The notes under the pieces are model-generated. The model worked only from the letters and a program-made list of their open reading frames with translations. It was not told the origin of the DNA and ran no database searches. From a virus: DNA of 64,000 nt. How positions within the stretch are numbered: position 1 is the stretch's first letter; every line of letters begins with the position of its first letter. The stretch lies in IMG/VR virus record IMGVR_UViG_3300045988_184134; one strand, given 5' to 3'. The position numbers and the translations under genes are program-made. Of this stretch, positions 17,920 through 26,359 are shown piece after piece.

Positions 17920-17955
17920 TTTATTGTATTCAGTTCGCATATTGCGTCAACTATC
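17920..17955 (-). promoter_or_regulatory. promoter TTGACG-N16-TACAAT (spacer ATGCGAACTG) for 17556..17876
   Basis: Sequence match. Confidence 0.5.
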
Positions 17956-17958
17956 GCA

Positions 17959-18012
17959 CCTATGGTTCGTTGCAGCTACGCTCCCTCCCCTGTTCTTGGC
18001 TGCAGCTACGCA
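17959..18012 (+). repeat. two or three further RGCTACGSY copies, 30 nt apart
   Basis: agctacgct at 17974 and agctacgca at 18004, plus variant acctatggt at 17959; in the spacer between the paralogue cassettes. Confidence 0.45.
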
Positions 18013-18060
18013 ACAAAAAAGGCCTCACCTGTTTTTGGCAGGTAAGGCTCCTAACTGGCT
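18010..18060 (-). terminator. terminator of paralogue cassette 18065..18385
   Basis: GCCTTACCTG-CCAAAAA-CAGGTGAGGC plus U6. Confidence 0.5.
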
Positions 18061-18064
18061 TCGT

Positions 18065-18385
18065 TTAGTCTTCGAAATTGAAGGTGAAGCCACTTTCTTT
18101 CATAGCGACAAGGCCGCCGCGCGTCTGACATTTGTTTCTATCGAGAAAGGTTTCAAGCGTCAGGCTGGTGTCCTCATTGTCCAGCCATTTGGGGCGCAGG
18201 TCGCTGATAAGGTTGTACAGTGCTGCGACAGCATGGACAATCAGTTTCTCTTCGCCCAGCATGTTTCCAATCACTTCGTCGTCGTTCTCCACAGGGACGC
18301 TGATGGAAGCCGAGAGACTTTCGAGGTTGTTGTTGTCATCGTTGCGGAATGCGGTAGCTTCGAATTTGAGAGTACAAGTGTTCAT
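18065..18385 (-). CDS. hypothetical protein (106 aa), paralogue of 17556..17876
   Basis: AAAGGAGAA RBS before the internal Met MNTCTLKFEATAF; similar terminator to the sister cassette. Confidence 0.5.
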   Translation of the reverse strand: MNTCTLKFEATAFRNDDNNNLESLSASISVPVENDDEVIGNMLGEEKLIVHAVAALYNLISDLRPKWLDNEDTSLTLETFLDRNKCQTRGGLVAMKESGFTFNFED

Positions 18386-18435
18386 TTTTGATGTTCTCCT
18401 TTGTATGTTATTTGGTTTTCCTTGCACTTTAAATT

Positions 18436-18470
18436 GTACGCAGTTCGCAAGGGTAGTCAATCGGTCCAAT
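18436..18470 (-). promoter_or_regulatory. promoter TTGACT-N16-TACAAT (spacer TTGCGAACTG) for 18065..18385
   Basis: Sequence match. Confidence 0.5.
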
Positions 18471-18551
18471 AGCGCAGAATCCGGCTGGGTCGGATTTTGC
18501 AAAAAAAAATTTTGCGCAGTTAATTTTTCCTTTTACATATTTTTTATAAAT

Positions 18552-19403
18552 TTAGTCTTTAATGGCGTAGTATATATTTACTTCGTTATTTCGGCAAACA
18601 GTTTTGACATTTGTTATACTTTTGGATTTATTGAGCCTGAAAGTATCACATATTGCTATGTTTTGCCTTTTACATACCTTTTCTAAATTGATTGTATTAA
18701 AATACAGTACCTTTTCGTTCGAAGTTCCCCATGTATCGTGCATAACCAAAAAAACGTCTTCAATTCCACTAGACGCAGCTTCTCTTAGAACTGAAATAAA
18801 ATCTTTTGTAATTGGAAAATGATTATGGTCCACTATTTTACGTTTGTCGTTGTTGACTTCCCATTCTGCTGAGCATGGAATTGTTAACTCAATTAAGAAG
18901 CAGATTTTATTAGGGGCGCAACCAATCCTTTCGCAATATGAATTCACTTTTCGAAGGTGCTTTCCAATGATTCTCTCGAATTGTTTGATAAACTCATCAT
19001 AGTCGAAAGCATTAACGCTTTGCACATCGTCCAATGCCACTTTGAATAGAGCTTCGGGTGCATCTCCTTCATTTCCTTCCAAATTGTTATGGTACTGATT
19101 ATAGGTTTCTTTCCCCTTTTCTTCTTGTAGCTTTGAAGAAATCCTGATTGCGCCGTCGTTGGAGTAAATAAGACCGATTGCGAAATGCTCTATGCCACCC
19201 ATTGCCATTTTTGTTTTTGGCTCGACTATTGTAAAATCGAGCGGCAAACATGAAGCGCCGGGAACGACATCATAGCTTCCATTATTGGTTATTTTTGCAA
19301 GTGCCGATTTTACAGCTGGTGTTTGATTATCCTTCTTCAGAACAATGTTTAAACAATCGCTTTCTGCTTTATATTGCGATTCCGGACCATTGACGTCTAC
19401 CAT
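18552..19403 (-). CDS. hypothetical protein (283 aa) in AT-rich island
   Basis: Visibly lower GC than surrounding DNA. Confidence 0.45.
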   Translation of the reverse strand: MVDVNGPESQYKAESDCLNIVLKKDNQTPAVKSALAKITNNGSYDVVPGASCLPLDFTIVEPKTKMAMGGIEHFAIGLIYSNDGAIRISSKLQEEKGKETYNQYHNNLEGNEGDAPEALFKVALDDVQSVNAFDYDEFIKQFERIIGKHLRKVNSYCERIGCAPNKICFLIELTIPCSAEWEVNNDKRKIVDHNHFPITKDFISVLREAASSGIEDVFLVMHDTWGTSNEKVLYFNTINLEKVCKRQNIAICDTFRLNKSKSITNVKTVCRNNEVNIYYAIKD

Positions 19404-19521
19404 AGTGGCTCCTTTCTACAAAACAAAAAGGCCTCCCACCGCAGTCAGTATGATACTGATTACGATAGGAGGCTGTGAACCTGTTGCTATGTCTGTATTA
19501 TATCATGATTTGCGTTGCGAT

Positions 19522-20967
19522 TCAACCGCCAACCAAAAAGGCGCTGTCCAGCCTGGCAATGCTCTCCATCTCTTCTCGCAACTCCCTGTTTGCCTCCGCA
19601 TCCCCTACCATATCTCTCAGCACCACAAACAAAGCTCTCACCACAATGCAAGAGCCATGATAACGCCCAACGCGCTGGTGCTTTTCAGAGTCGCAACTGT
19701 CATGCAGTATCGGTGCTTGCCTAAATGCAATAGCTGCGTTAAGCGCCATTGCAATGGGCGCTCCGATGGTAAACTCGCCATCTGAGACCAATGCAAGCTT
19801 TGCAAGCCAGATATAGGAGCGGAAAATAAAGAGTATCTCCTCAAGGGATAGAAGGCTCCAGTCGGGGATGGAGTCGTTTCCTTGGATGGCGACAATGGCT
19901 TTCTTGAAGCCATCCTTCGCCTGCTGATACTTCCTTTCGACCGCATCCAGCCATGCAATTTGAAACATAGCCTTGTAGTAGGTACTATCCAGATGTAGAG
20001 CTTTCTGGAAGCATTGCAAGGCCCTCTCGCTATCCGCGTACATCTGCTTTTCAGACAGGCCGTATTTCAGGAATATCTCAGCTGTAAAAGGCATCGTCTC
20101 TTTGGAGGCATGCTCTATAGCATCACGCAGGTACGGTCGCGCATCAAGAGCGAACTGTGGTTGCCCTTCGCACAGTGCGGCGGCCAGGTGGTACATGGAT
20201 ATGAAGTCTGGCTCGACGCGGTGGATTTTGTTCAGTTCCGAAAGTAGTTTCTCTACCGGCTCAAGGACCGAGAGTAGTCTTATCCTCAACGGAGAGTAAG
20301 TCTCCAACGCGGCCGTAAGCTCTCTTAGATGTCTCTGCGCGTTCACATAAGCGTACACGGAATAGACGCTCTGAGGCCCTATTCGGCATTGCTTTTCCAG
20401 CTCAATGAAAGAATCTGCCATCTCGTTGAGGTAGCCGTCATCTGGCAACTTGTAATCACTTCTTGGGTTAAGAGCTTTTAGTTCGCTCATTTTCAGAGCC
20501 TGAAACGTACTCTTGATTTGCAAGTGCGCGAACATGTCAAACCGCCAGAAGGTCTCATTGATGTGCTGGAGACTCGCTACTGCCATCGCATCTTCTCGCC
20601 AAACGTGACGAATGATGTCATTAAGCGCTTCCTTCTCAAACCGCATCACAGAGGAACGGCCTTGTATAGCATCAGCACCATTGATAATCAGTTTCTGTTC
20701 CTTGATGCTGAAAACGCACCACAATTCATTCTCAGCCGGTTCTGAATCACCGGGATAGCAGTCAGTGAGAAACAGATACGCTGTCTGTTTATTCTCAGGA
20801 TGCGCCAATATCTTATGTTGCTTTGACATGTCTTCGGCCGACATCCTGGTTGTTCTGACCAGGCAGCCAACGAAGGTAAAGAATGTTCTCAAGACTTCTT
20901 TTTCTGCTCCGGCTTGCGGTTCGTAGCAAATCTTGATAGCCATAATTGGCTTGATTGCATTGCTCAT
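19522..20967 (-). CDS. TPR-like repeat protein (481 aa)
   Basis: Helical repeat segments such as YYKAMFQIAWLDAVERKYQQAKDGFKKAI. Confidence 0.5.
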   Translation of the reverse strand: MSNAIKPIMAIKICYEPQAGAEKEVLRTFFTFVGCLVRTTRMSAEDMSKQHKILAHPENKQTAYLFLTDCYPGDSEPAENELWCVFSIKEQKLIINGADAIQGRSSVMRFEKEALNDIIRHVWREDAMAVASLQHINETFWRFDMFAHLQIKSTFQALKMSELKALNPRSDYKLPDDGYLNEMADSFIELEKQCRIGPQSVYSVYAYVNAQRHLRELTAALETYSPLRIRLLSVLEPVEKLLSELNKIHRVEPDFISMYHLAAALCEGQPQFALDARPYLRDAIEHASKETMPFTAEIFLKYGLSEKQMYADSERALQCFQKALHLDSTYYKAMFQIAWLDAVERKYQQAKDGFKKAIVAIQGNDSIPDWSLLSLEEILFIFRSYIWLAKLALVSDGEFTIGAPIAMALNAAIAFRQAPILHDSCDSEKHQRVGRYHGSCIVVRALFVVLRDMVGDAEANRELREEMESIARLDSAFLVGG

Positions 20968-21029
20968 GATTGCTTTTTATAACAAGAAACGCACGCGTGC
21001 GTTCAAAATCACATGCGTGCGTTTTAAGA

Positions 21030-21647
21030 TTATTTCGTTTCTTTCTTCGGATAGACACCGCTCGTTGTAGCCGTAAACAGCTTTTGGAAGATTGCTACAG
21101 CTACCAGGCAGAACCTCTCTGATTTTGTTCTTCCTTCTACTTGCAGGCAGCCGCTTTCCTGAATTTGTAGCAGCGCCTTATAGATGGCTCCATAGATGGT
21201 CTTTCGGAGGTCTGCATCTTCTTTGAGTACAACCACGATGTCTTTCGATGCCCAGGTGCAGACGCACATGAGTTCTGAAAACTTTTCGTCTTCTCCTTCA
21301 AAGGCCAGCTTCCCGCCGGGTGCGAAAGCTGCAAGTGCCAGTTTGTAAAGCTCCTCGTCATCTTTTGGCGTTTCGAGTTTGTCAGACTCTTTTGTGGCAT
21401 CCCATACTTTAAGGATGCCGTCAGCATATTTTGCCGACATGAAAGCAAGTCTGGTTCGCGTAAAATCGTTTGCCTTTACACGCTGCTCAGTTTCGGGATT
21501 GTAACAGGTCGTACTATCTACAATGTACTGCTGCTTCATCGTCGTCTCGATAGCTCGAACTGCAGGCATCAGACTTTTTGTATAGCTTTCAAGGGCTTGA
21601 AAGCCTTTATCCCCTTCGCTATTGCGATTCTTGTAATTGCACTTCAT
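21030..21647 (-). CDS. hypothetical protein (205 aa)
   Basis: Intact ORF in operon spacing. Confidence 0.45.
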   Translation of the reverse strand: MKCNYKNRNSEGDKGFQALESYTKSLMPAVRAIETTMKQQYIVDSTTCYNPETEQRVKANDFTRTRLAFMSAKYADGILKVWDATKESDKLETPKDDEELYKLALAAFAPGGKLAFEGEDEKFSELMCVCTWASKDIVVVLKEDADLRKTIYGAIYKALLQIQESGCLQVEGRTKSERFCLVAVAIFQKLFTATTSGVYPKKETK

Positions 21648-21658
21648 AGATGACTCCG

Positions 21659-22270
21659 TTACGCAATAGAATTAACCATATCCAGCTCCATACAGAAAAG
21701 TACGAAGGCCAGGTTGGTGATTTTATCGGCATCTGTATCGAGATGCCTGCCGAGTTCCTTGACCGCGCCGCCGTCCTTGAGGCTCTTGGCCGCCTGGTAG
21801 ATGAGCATGTAGGTGTTGACGTAGATAGCCTGCTGTTTCACGCGGTCCTTGGTAATGTGCTCCGGCATGCAATCCTCTGACAGCGACTTAATGAGCGGAT
21901 ACCAGCAGGAAAGGTACAAAGCACCATCCTCATCGTTCATCGCCTGCTGAATCTTGACCTGATACTTCGGGTAGTTGCCATTCACGACCTCAATGAACTC
22001 GGTATCTTTGAACTCATCGCGGTGGCAGTGAAGCCACAGGATAGCGTTGGCAAGGTCCATGCAGATAAGCGCCAGCTTTTCGGCTTTGGAATCATCCAGC
22101 TGAACCGTATCGAAGCTGTCAGCATCGATGTCATACTGCTTGTAAATGTTCACCAGCTTGTAGCTGTTCTCCCCTGCGCGTACCTTCTTCTTGATGAAGT
22201 CGGTAAAGTCGTGCGCCAAGGCCTCATAGGCTTTCTGCTGCTCTTCGGCAATCGTATTCTGTTCGCTCAT
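21659..22270 (-). CDS. hypothetical protein (203 aa), paralogue of 23498..24109
   Basis: Start trimmed to the Met with AAAGGAGAA-CTCAAC-ATG. Shares YKLVNIY and EDCMP…KSLK.GG…DADKI.NLAF with the paralogue. Confidence 0.5.
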   Translation of the reverse strand: MSEQNTIAEEQQKAYEALAHDFTDFIKKKVRAGENSYKLVNIYKQYDIDADSFDTVQLDDSKAEKLALICMDLANAILWLHCHRDEFKDTEFIEVVNGNYPKYQVKIQQAMNDEDGALYLSCWYPLIKSLSEDCMPEHITKDRVKQQAIYVNTYMLIYQAAKSLKDGGAVKELGRHLDTDADKITNLAFVLFCMELDMVNSIA

Positions 22271-22284
22271 GTTGAGTTCTCCTT

Positions 22285-22728
22285 TTATCTTAATTTGGTC
22301 CTGATTTCTTCGAGCATCATGCCCAGTTTGTTCTGACCGTGAACGCCCTTGCATCTGGGACACTGGCAGTCGCCCCAATAGTTATCGTGCCAGCCTGTCG
22401 TGTCCTCAATAATGTGCCGGTCGCCTGTAGCGAGCAGTCGCTGTTTGAACTCTTCGTTCTGGTTGAACTTGGCATACAGCACCCGGCGCATCGCTTCGTC
22501 TCGAACTTTGTCCCAATCTGGAGAAAGTTGGACCCGGCGGCCGAGTCGCTTAGCCTCGTTCGGCATGAGACAGGCAAACTGGCGTCTTTCCTCCGGCGGG
22601 ACCTTTTGTGCCTGGAACGCTGCCTCCGCGTTGAGGTAGTAGATTCCATCTAGCACAAAGGAGCAAGGATAATAATTGCTCAGAAACCCGTAGGTCGGGT
22701 CGTCTTTCTTAAACCGCAGCAGATTCAA
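22285..22728 (-). CDS. NADAR-domain protein (YbiA-like N-glycosidase / ADP-ribose processing)
   Basis: YGFLSNYYPCSFVLDGIYYLNAEAAFQAQK…EAKRLGRRV…DWDKVRDEAMRRVLYAKFNQNEEFKQRLLATGDRHIIEDTT matches the NADAR signature. TTG start with GGAGGG RBS, overlapping the upstream stop. Confidence 0.65.
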   Translation of the reverse strand: MNLLRFKKDDPTYGFLSNYYPCSFVLDGIYYLNAEAAFQAQKVPPEERRQFACLMPNEAKRLGRRVQLSPDWDKVRDEAMRRVLYAKFNQNEEFKQRLLATGDRHIIEDTTGWHDNYWGDCQCPRCKGVHGQNKLGMMLEEIRTKLR

Positions 22729-23371
22729 TGTGCATTCCCTCCATAACCCCGGCGGGCGTATCTTTGAGAACCTTGTAGCGCATCGTCGTGGCACCAAGCA
22801 GACCGTTGAAGACGGTCACGGCGGTATGCACGAACAGAGGGTTCTGCAAGGTCATCTTGCCGTTTGTATCCCACTGGCCTTTGAGTTCAGCGGCCGCATC
22901 GTACACAACCATCATCATGGCTTCATACATGTCGGACATCAGCTGTCGGTCGTACTTCTTCAAAGCATAGTAGCTTGGTAGGTTGTAAACGCGGCCGAGG
23001 AGCGGCTCGTCATACAAGGGCGAACCTTTCGCAACCATCGTATTGTAGACTTTGGGCCAGGCAGCTTCTTTCGGCTTGCCGGTGGTTGCCTGCATCTCGA
23101 TGTTCTTGAAACCAGCCGTCATGTTGTACAGCACCATGAGCCGCTCGGCAAGCAAGACGGAAGATTCAGCCAGGTGCTTTGCTTCCTCATTGGTCATCGC
23201 AACCTGCATGGCCGTGCTGTCCGAGTCGTTGCCATAATAGAAATACTGCTTGCGCCCGGCGGCAGCTTTCTGTACGAGCTTCTTTGCCAGCTGGCTTTCG
23301 ATGTAATTGTAGATGTCGTTTTCCAACTCACAGGTGATGTGCGTTGCGGTATAATGGATATTTTTGTTCAT
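22709..23371 (-). CDS. hypothetical protein (220 aa) co-transcribed with NADAR
   Basis: Stop overlaps the NADAR start; preceded by leader/terminator module copy 7. Confidence 0.5.
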   Translation of the reverse strand: MNKNIHYTATHITCELENDIYNYIESQLAKKLVQKAAAGRKQYFYYGNDSDSTAMQVAMTNEEAKHLAESSVLLAERLMVLYNMTAGFKNIEMQATTGKPKEAAWPKVYNTMVAKGSPLYDEPLLGRVYNLPSYYALKKYDRQLMSDMYEAMMMVVYDAAAELKGQWDTNGKMTLQNPLFVHTAVTVFNGLLGATTMRYKVLKDTPAGVMEGMHIESAAV

Positions 23372-23403
23372 TGGTTTACCTCTTTGTGTATAATAAAAAG
23401 AAA

Positions 23404-23490
23404 GAGCGGTCGAGCCGCTCTCCTCAAAACACTTATTTAGCTTACAATTTTCATTCTATGCAATTCGCACAGACACGCAAGGCAAAATGG
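23404..23490 (-). promoter_or_regulatory. module copy 7, short form (TTGCGT-N16-TAGAAT promoter, then terminator, then RBS of 22709..23371)
   Basis: TGTGCGAATTG spacer motif; hairpin GAGAGCGGCTCGACCGCTCTTTC plus U5. Confidence 0.5.
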
Positions 23491-23497
23491 CGACGCC

Positions 23498-24109
23498 TCA
23501 CGGATTCATCTCGTAGGCAATCAGTGCATCGTTGAAATACTTGAAAGCAAGATTTCCGATTTTATCTGCGTCTTTCGGCAGCTTGTCCACCATGCGTTTG
23601 ATGGAACCACCTGTCTTGAGAGACTTCATTGCCAGGTGAACATTCCAGTACATGTTGGTGTATACCAGCTGCCACTTCTTTTTGTCTCCAACATAGGCAT
23701 CCGGCATACAGTCTTCTGCCACAAGGCGAATAAGCATGTCCCACGCATCCAGGTAGAGAGGACTTGTATCATCGTTCAGCTTATGGATGATTTGCTTCAG
23801 ATAGGAAGTGTAGTCTTCCCCACTGATGTCAACAAGCTCGATGTCTGCGAACTTGTCGCGGAAGTAATACAGCCAAAGCGTTGCTTTCGCAAGGTCACAG
23901 CTGGCCGCAGCAAGCAGCTGAGCTTTCTGGTCCTGCAAAGTCACAATCTTGGCATCAGGGTCATCCAAGCCCTTCTCACCATAGAGATTGACCAGCTTGT
24001 ACTGGTCTTTGCCGACTCTATCCTCTCTGCGGATAAACTCTTTGAAGTCTTCCACGAAGGCAATGTATGCCTGGACCTGTGGGTCGTTTTTCGGGTTGAA
24101 CTCACTCAT
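23498..24109 (-). CDS. hypothetical protein (203 aa), paralogue of 21659..22270
   Basis: AAAGGAGAAGCGCAC-ATG; promoter with CGTTCGAATTG spacer at 24133..24165. Confidence 0.5.
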   Translation of the reverse strand: MSEFNPKNDPQVQAYIAFVEDFKEFIRREDRVGKDQYKLVNLYGEKGLDDPDAKIVTLQDQKAQLLAAASCDLAKATLWLYYFRDKFADIELVDISGEDYTSYLKQIIHKLNDDTSPLYLDAWDMLIRLVAEDCMPDAYVGDKKKWQLVYTNMYWNVHLAMKSLKTGGSIKRMVDKLPKDADKIGNLAFKYFNDALIAYEMNP

Positions 24110-24132
24110 GTGCGCTTCTCCTTTACTTTAGT

Positions 24133-24165
24133 CTACCTACAATGATACTCAATTCGAACGGATGA
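24133..24165 (-). promoter_or_regulatory. promoter TTGTTC-N17-TATCAT (spacer CGTTCGAATTG) for 23498..24109
   Basis: Sequence match. Confidence 0.4.
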
Positions 24166-24299
24166 ACAAGGAACCTTACGACATGTACATGGTTTCTTTA
24201 GAAATTGTTATCACGCTTTTAATAAACAGCGTCAAATCTCGCATTTTTGTATTCCATGTGTTATAAATGCAAGTAGAAAAGAAGGATGAGGCGTTTTTT

Positions 24300-24734
24300 A
24301 TGACACAAACTGATACTAAGACCCGTATCACTGGTTTTGGCTTTTACCTGGATGAAATCGAAAAGCTGATATTTTACATTTTCCTTGAGAATCATCATCA
24401 GACTACAGATGCAATGACCGCTTCGGATAATGTTCGGGTGTTCCTTGACCGTATTTGTCTCGATAACGGCCGCATTAACTACGATGAAGCGGATAGGCTT
24501 TTGGCAAAGGATGACGATTGTGCCTTGATGGGCGAATGCCTTACTGCTATCCTCAATTATGAGTTTGGAGAAGAGCTACTCTCTTGCCACTGTAGTGGTT
24601 CGACCGCCATGAACCGCCCGTGCCTTATACTTTCATCTGAAAAAGACCATGATGAGTCGGCTGCGGCGTATATGAAGAAAGCTACGAAGGAACTTCTCGT
24701 GGATTTTGAGCATGCGTGTCACTATATCCTGTAA
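24300..24734 (+). CDS. hypothetical Cys/His-rich protein on plus strand
   Basis: One of the few plus-strand genes; followed by a bidirectional terminator at 24737..24795. Confidence 0.4.
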   Translation: MTQTDTKTRITGFGFYLDEIEKLIFYIFLENHHQTTDAMTASDNVRVFLDRICLDNGRINYDEADRLLAKDDDCALMGECLTAILNYEFGEELLSCHCSGSTAMNRPCLILSSEKDHDESAAAYMKKATKELLVDFEHACHYIL

Positions 24735-24736
24735 AA

Positions 24737-24795
24737 TAAAAAAGAAGGCTGCCACACCGGAGTTTGAGGTAACAGCCTATTTTTATTTTGCTCGG
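24737..24795. terminator. bidirectional intrinsic terminator between convergent genes
   Basis: Hairpin AGGCTGCC…CAGCCT with A-run on one side and T-run on the other. Confidence 0.5.
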
Positions 24796-24980
24796 CCATT
24801 GTAAAGCGCCGCAACCATATCCAATGCTTCTTCCGGTGATTTGCACTTGTAGCTGATGACGGTCCCGTTGCCCACGAGCATCGAGCCGCAGCGCCAGAAG
24901 GCTTTGCCATCGGAGGTATAGATTGTGTTGCCATTAGATACTCGAAGCGTTACTCCGCTATTGGTTCTGATTTCATCCAT
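24783..24980 (-). CDS. small protein (65 aa), tandem paralogue of 24973..25173
   Basis: GGAAGGAGA RBS at the internal Met; shares SGV[ST]LR[IV]…NG…F with the neighbour. Confidence 0.4.
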   Translation of the reverse strand: MDEIRTNSGVTLRVSNGNTIYTSDGKAFWRCGSMLVGNGTVISYKCKSPEEALDMVAALYNGRAK

Positions 24981-25173
24981 TGATTGTCTCCTTCCTGCCA
25001 CCATACTTTGCAAGTACGATTGCAACTGCGTCTTTCATGGTTGTGGCTTCTCCTTCGATTTCGCCATCACTCCGAATTAGGCGGCCATTGATGAACCAGT
25101 AGGATACATTATTGGAAGCAAAGATGACCGTACCATTGATACGAAGGCTGACGCCTGATTTCGTTTCAATCAT
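24973..25173 (-). CDS. small protein (66 aa), tandem paralogue
   Basis: MIETKSGVSLRINGTVIFASNNVSYWFINGRLI; paralogue of 24783..24980. Confidence 0.4.
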   Translation of the reverse strand: MIETKSGVSLRINGTVIFASNNVSYWFINGRLIRSDGEIEGEATTMKDAVAIVLAKYGGRKETING

Positions 25174-25366
25174 AACAAATTACGCCTCCTCCCCTTATAA
25201 CTTTTTAGGAGTTGCTTTTGCTACAATACGTCCCGTTTCCGAAACATTGTGTTCCAACTGGAACGAATTGCGTTTATGACTAACAATAGCACTTGGTTTA
25301 GGTGTATAAGCTCTGACTCGATTGGCATTTGCTCTATTTAGCATTTCAAAGCATGTAGGGCAGATT

Positions 25367-26257
25367 TTATACATGGTTCACCTCCAGGCATTCATTACAG
25401 ACAGTGCGGTAATAATCTGCCGTAGGCTGCTCGCCTTTAGGAAGCGGCATGATGGGCTTGACATGAAGGCTCACACCCTCCGTCGGTGAGCGGCCGCAGA
25501 GAGTGCAGCGGAACCCATCACGCTGCAGGACTGAGTGACGAAGCTCGGCAGATGCTGCTTTGCGAGCTGCTGCCCGTCTTTGCTTTTCTGCCTCATGTTC
25601 CTTTGCCAGCCTGACAAACTCCTTGGCCTCTGCCATAGAATATGTACGTGTCTCAGAGAGTGTCTTCCCTCTTGTGGGAGTATACTGCTTGACAGCATGG
25701 AAGACCGGCTGCGTGACAGGCGTGCCATATACCGCATCATTCACGAGTTTCTGTTCCCACTTGTGATAGAGGCAAAACGGCACTCGGCGGCCACAATCGT
25801 CATCTTTCTCCGTCCAGTTGGGCAGGTCTTCGAGTTCTTTTTTGTACATTCCAAACTGGACGTTGTTGCTATTGGCCCAACCGAAGACCTCTTCAAACGC
25901 ATCAATTTTCTTCTGGACGGTGCTCATAAAGAGCCGGTCAAAAGAAGCGTTTTCATAGTCTTCCTTCGTATCTTGAGGATACTCCAGCGTGATTTCCGCA
26001 TCGACATCATAGAACTCATAGCCTTGATTGATTTCTCGTAGCCCATCGAGGATGTTACTCGTCTGTTCTACATTCTTCTTGGCATGACGTGTGACCAGAA
26101 ACCAGATGAGCCCGATAATTCCCAGCAAGCCTGCTGCCACCAGCACAATATCCAAGGGCGTTATCATTGCCATTTGGTCCTCAATCCAGAACGAAAACTC
26201 GTCCGGCATGTCAATCAGCCAATCACCAAAGTCAATTGGCTTACCGTAGTTGTACAT
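25367..26257 (-). CDS. membrane protein with C-terminal degenerate HNH-like zinc finger
   Basis: TM helix near the N-terminus. C-terminal FRCTLCGRS…LHVKPIMP…TVCNECLEVNH resembles HNH, with the D-H pair replaced by K-P. Confidence 0.45.
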   Translation of the reverse strand: MYNYGKPIDFGDWLIDMPDEFSFWIEDQMAMITPLDIVLVAAGLLGIIGLIWFLVTRHAKKNVEQTSNILDGLREINQGYEFYDVDAEITLEYPQDTKEDYENASFDRLFMSTVQKKIDAFEEVFGWANSNNVQFGMYKKELEDLPNWTEKDDDCGRRVPFCLYHKWEQKLVNDAVYGTPVTQPVFHAVKQYTPTRGKTLSETRTYSMAEAKEFVRLAKEHEAEKQRRAAARKAASAELRHSVLQRDGFRCTLCGRSPTEGVSLHVKPIMPLPKGEQPTADYYRTVCNECLEVNHV

Positions 26258-26359
26258 GTTTCACCTCTTTCAGTTCAAGCCATTTTCATCATACTTGTCG
26301 CTCTTGCCAAGATTACAGATGCTGCAAAGAGTCCGCAGGTTGAATAGCCTGAAAGTCCT

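Noticed and set aside
22709-23371. The N-terminus NIHYTATHIT of the NADAR-operon partner resembles the DarT N-terminal YHITH motif.
   Set aside because: The similarity is limited to three residues, with no match to the DarT catalytic glutamate region; it is too weak to call an ADP-ribosyltransferase.
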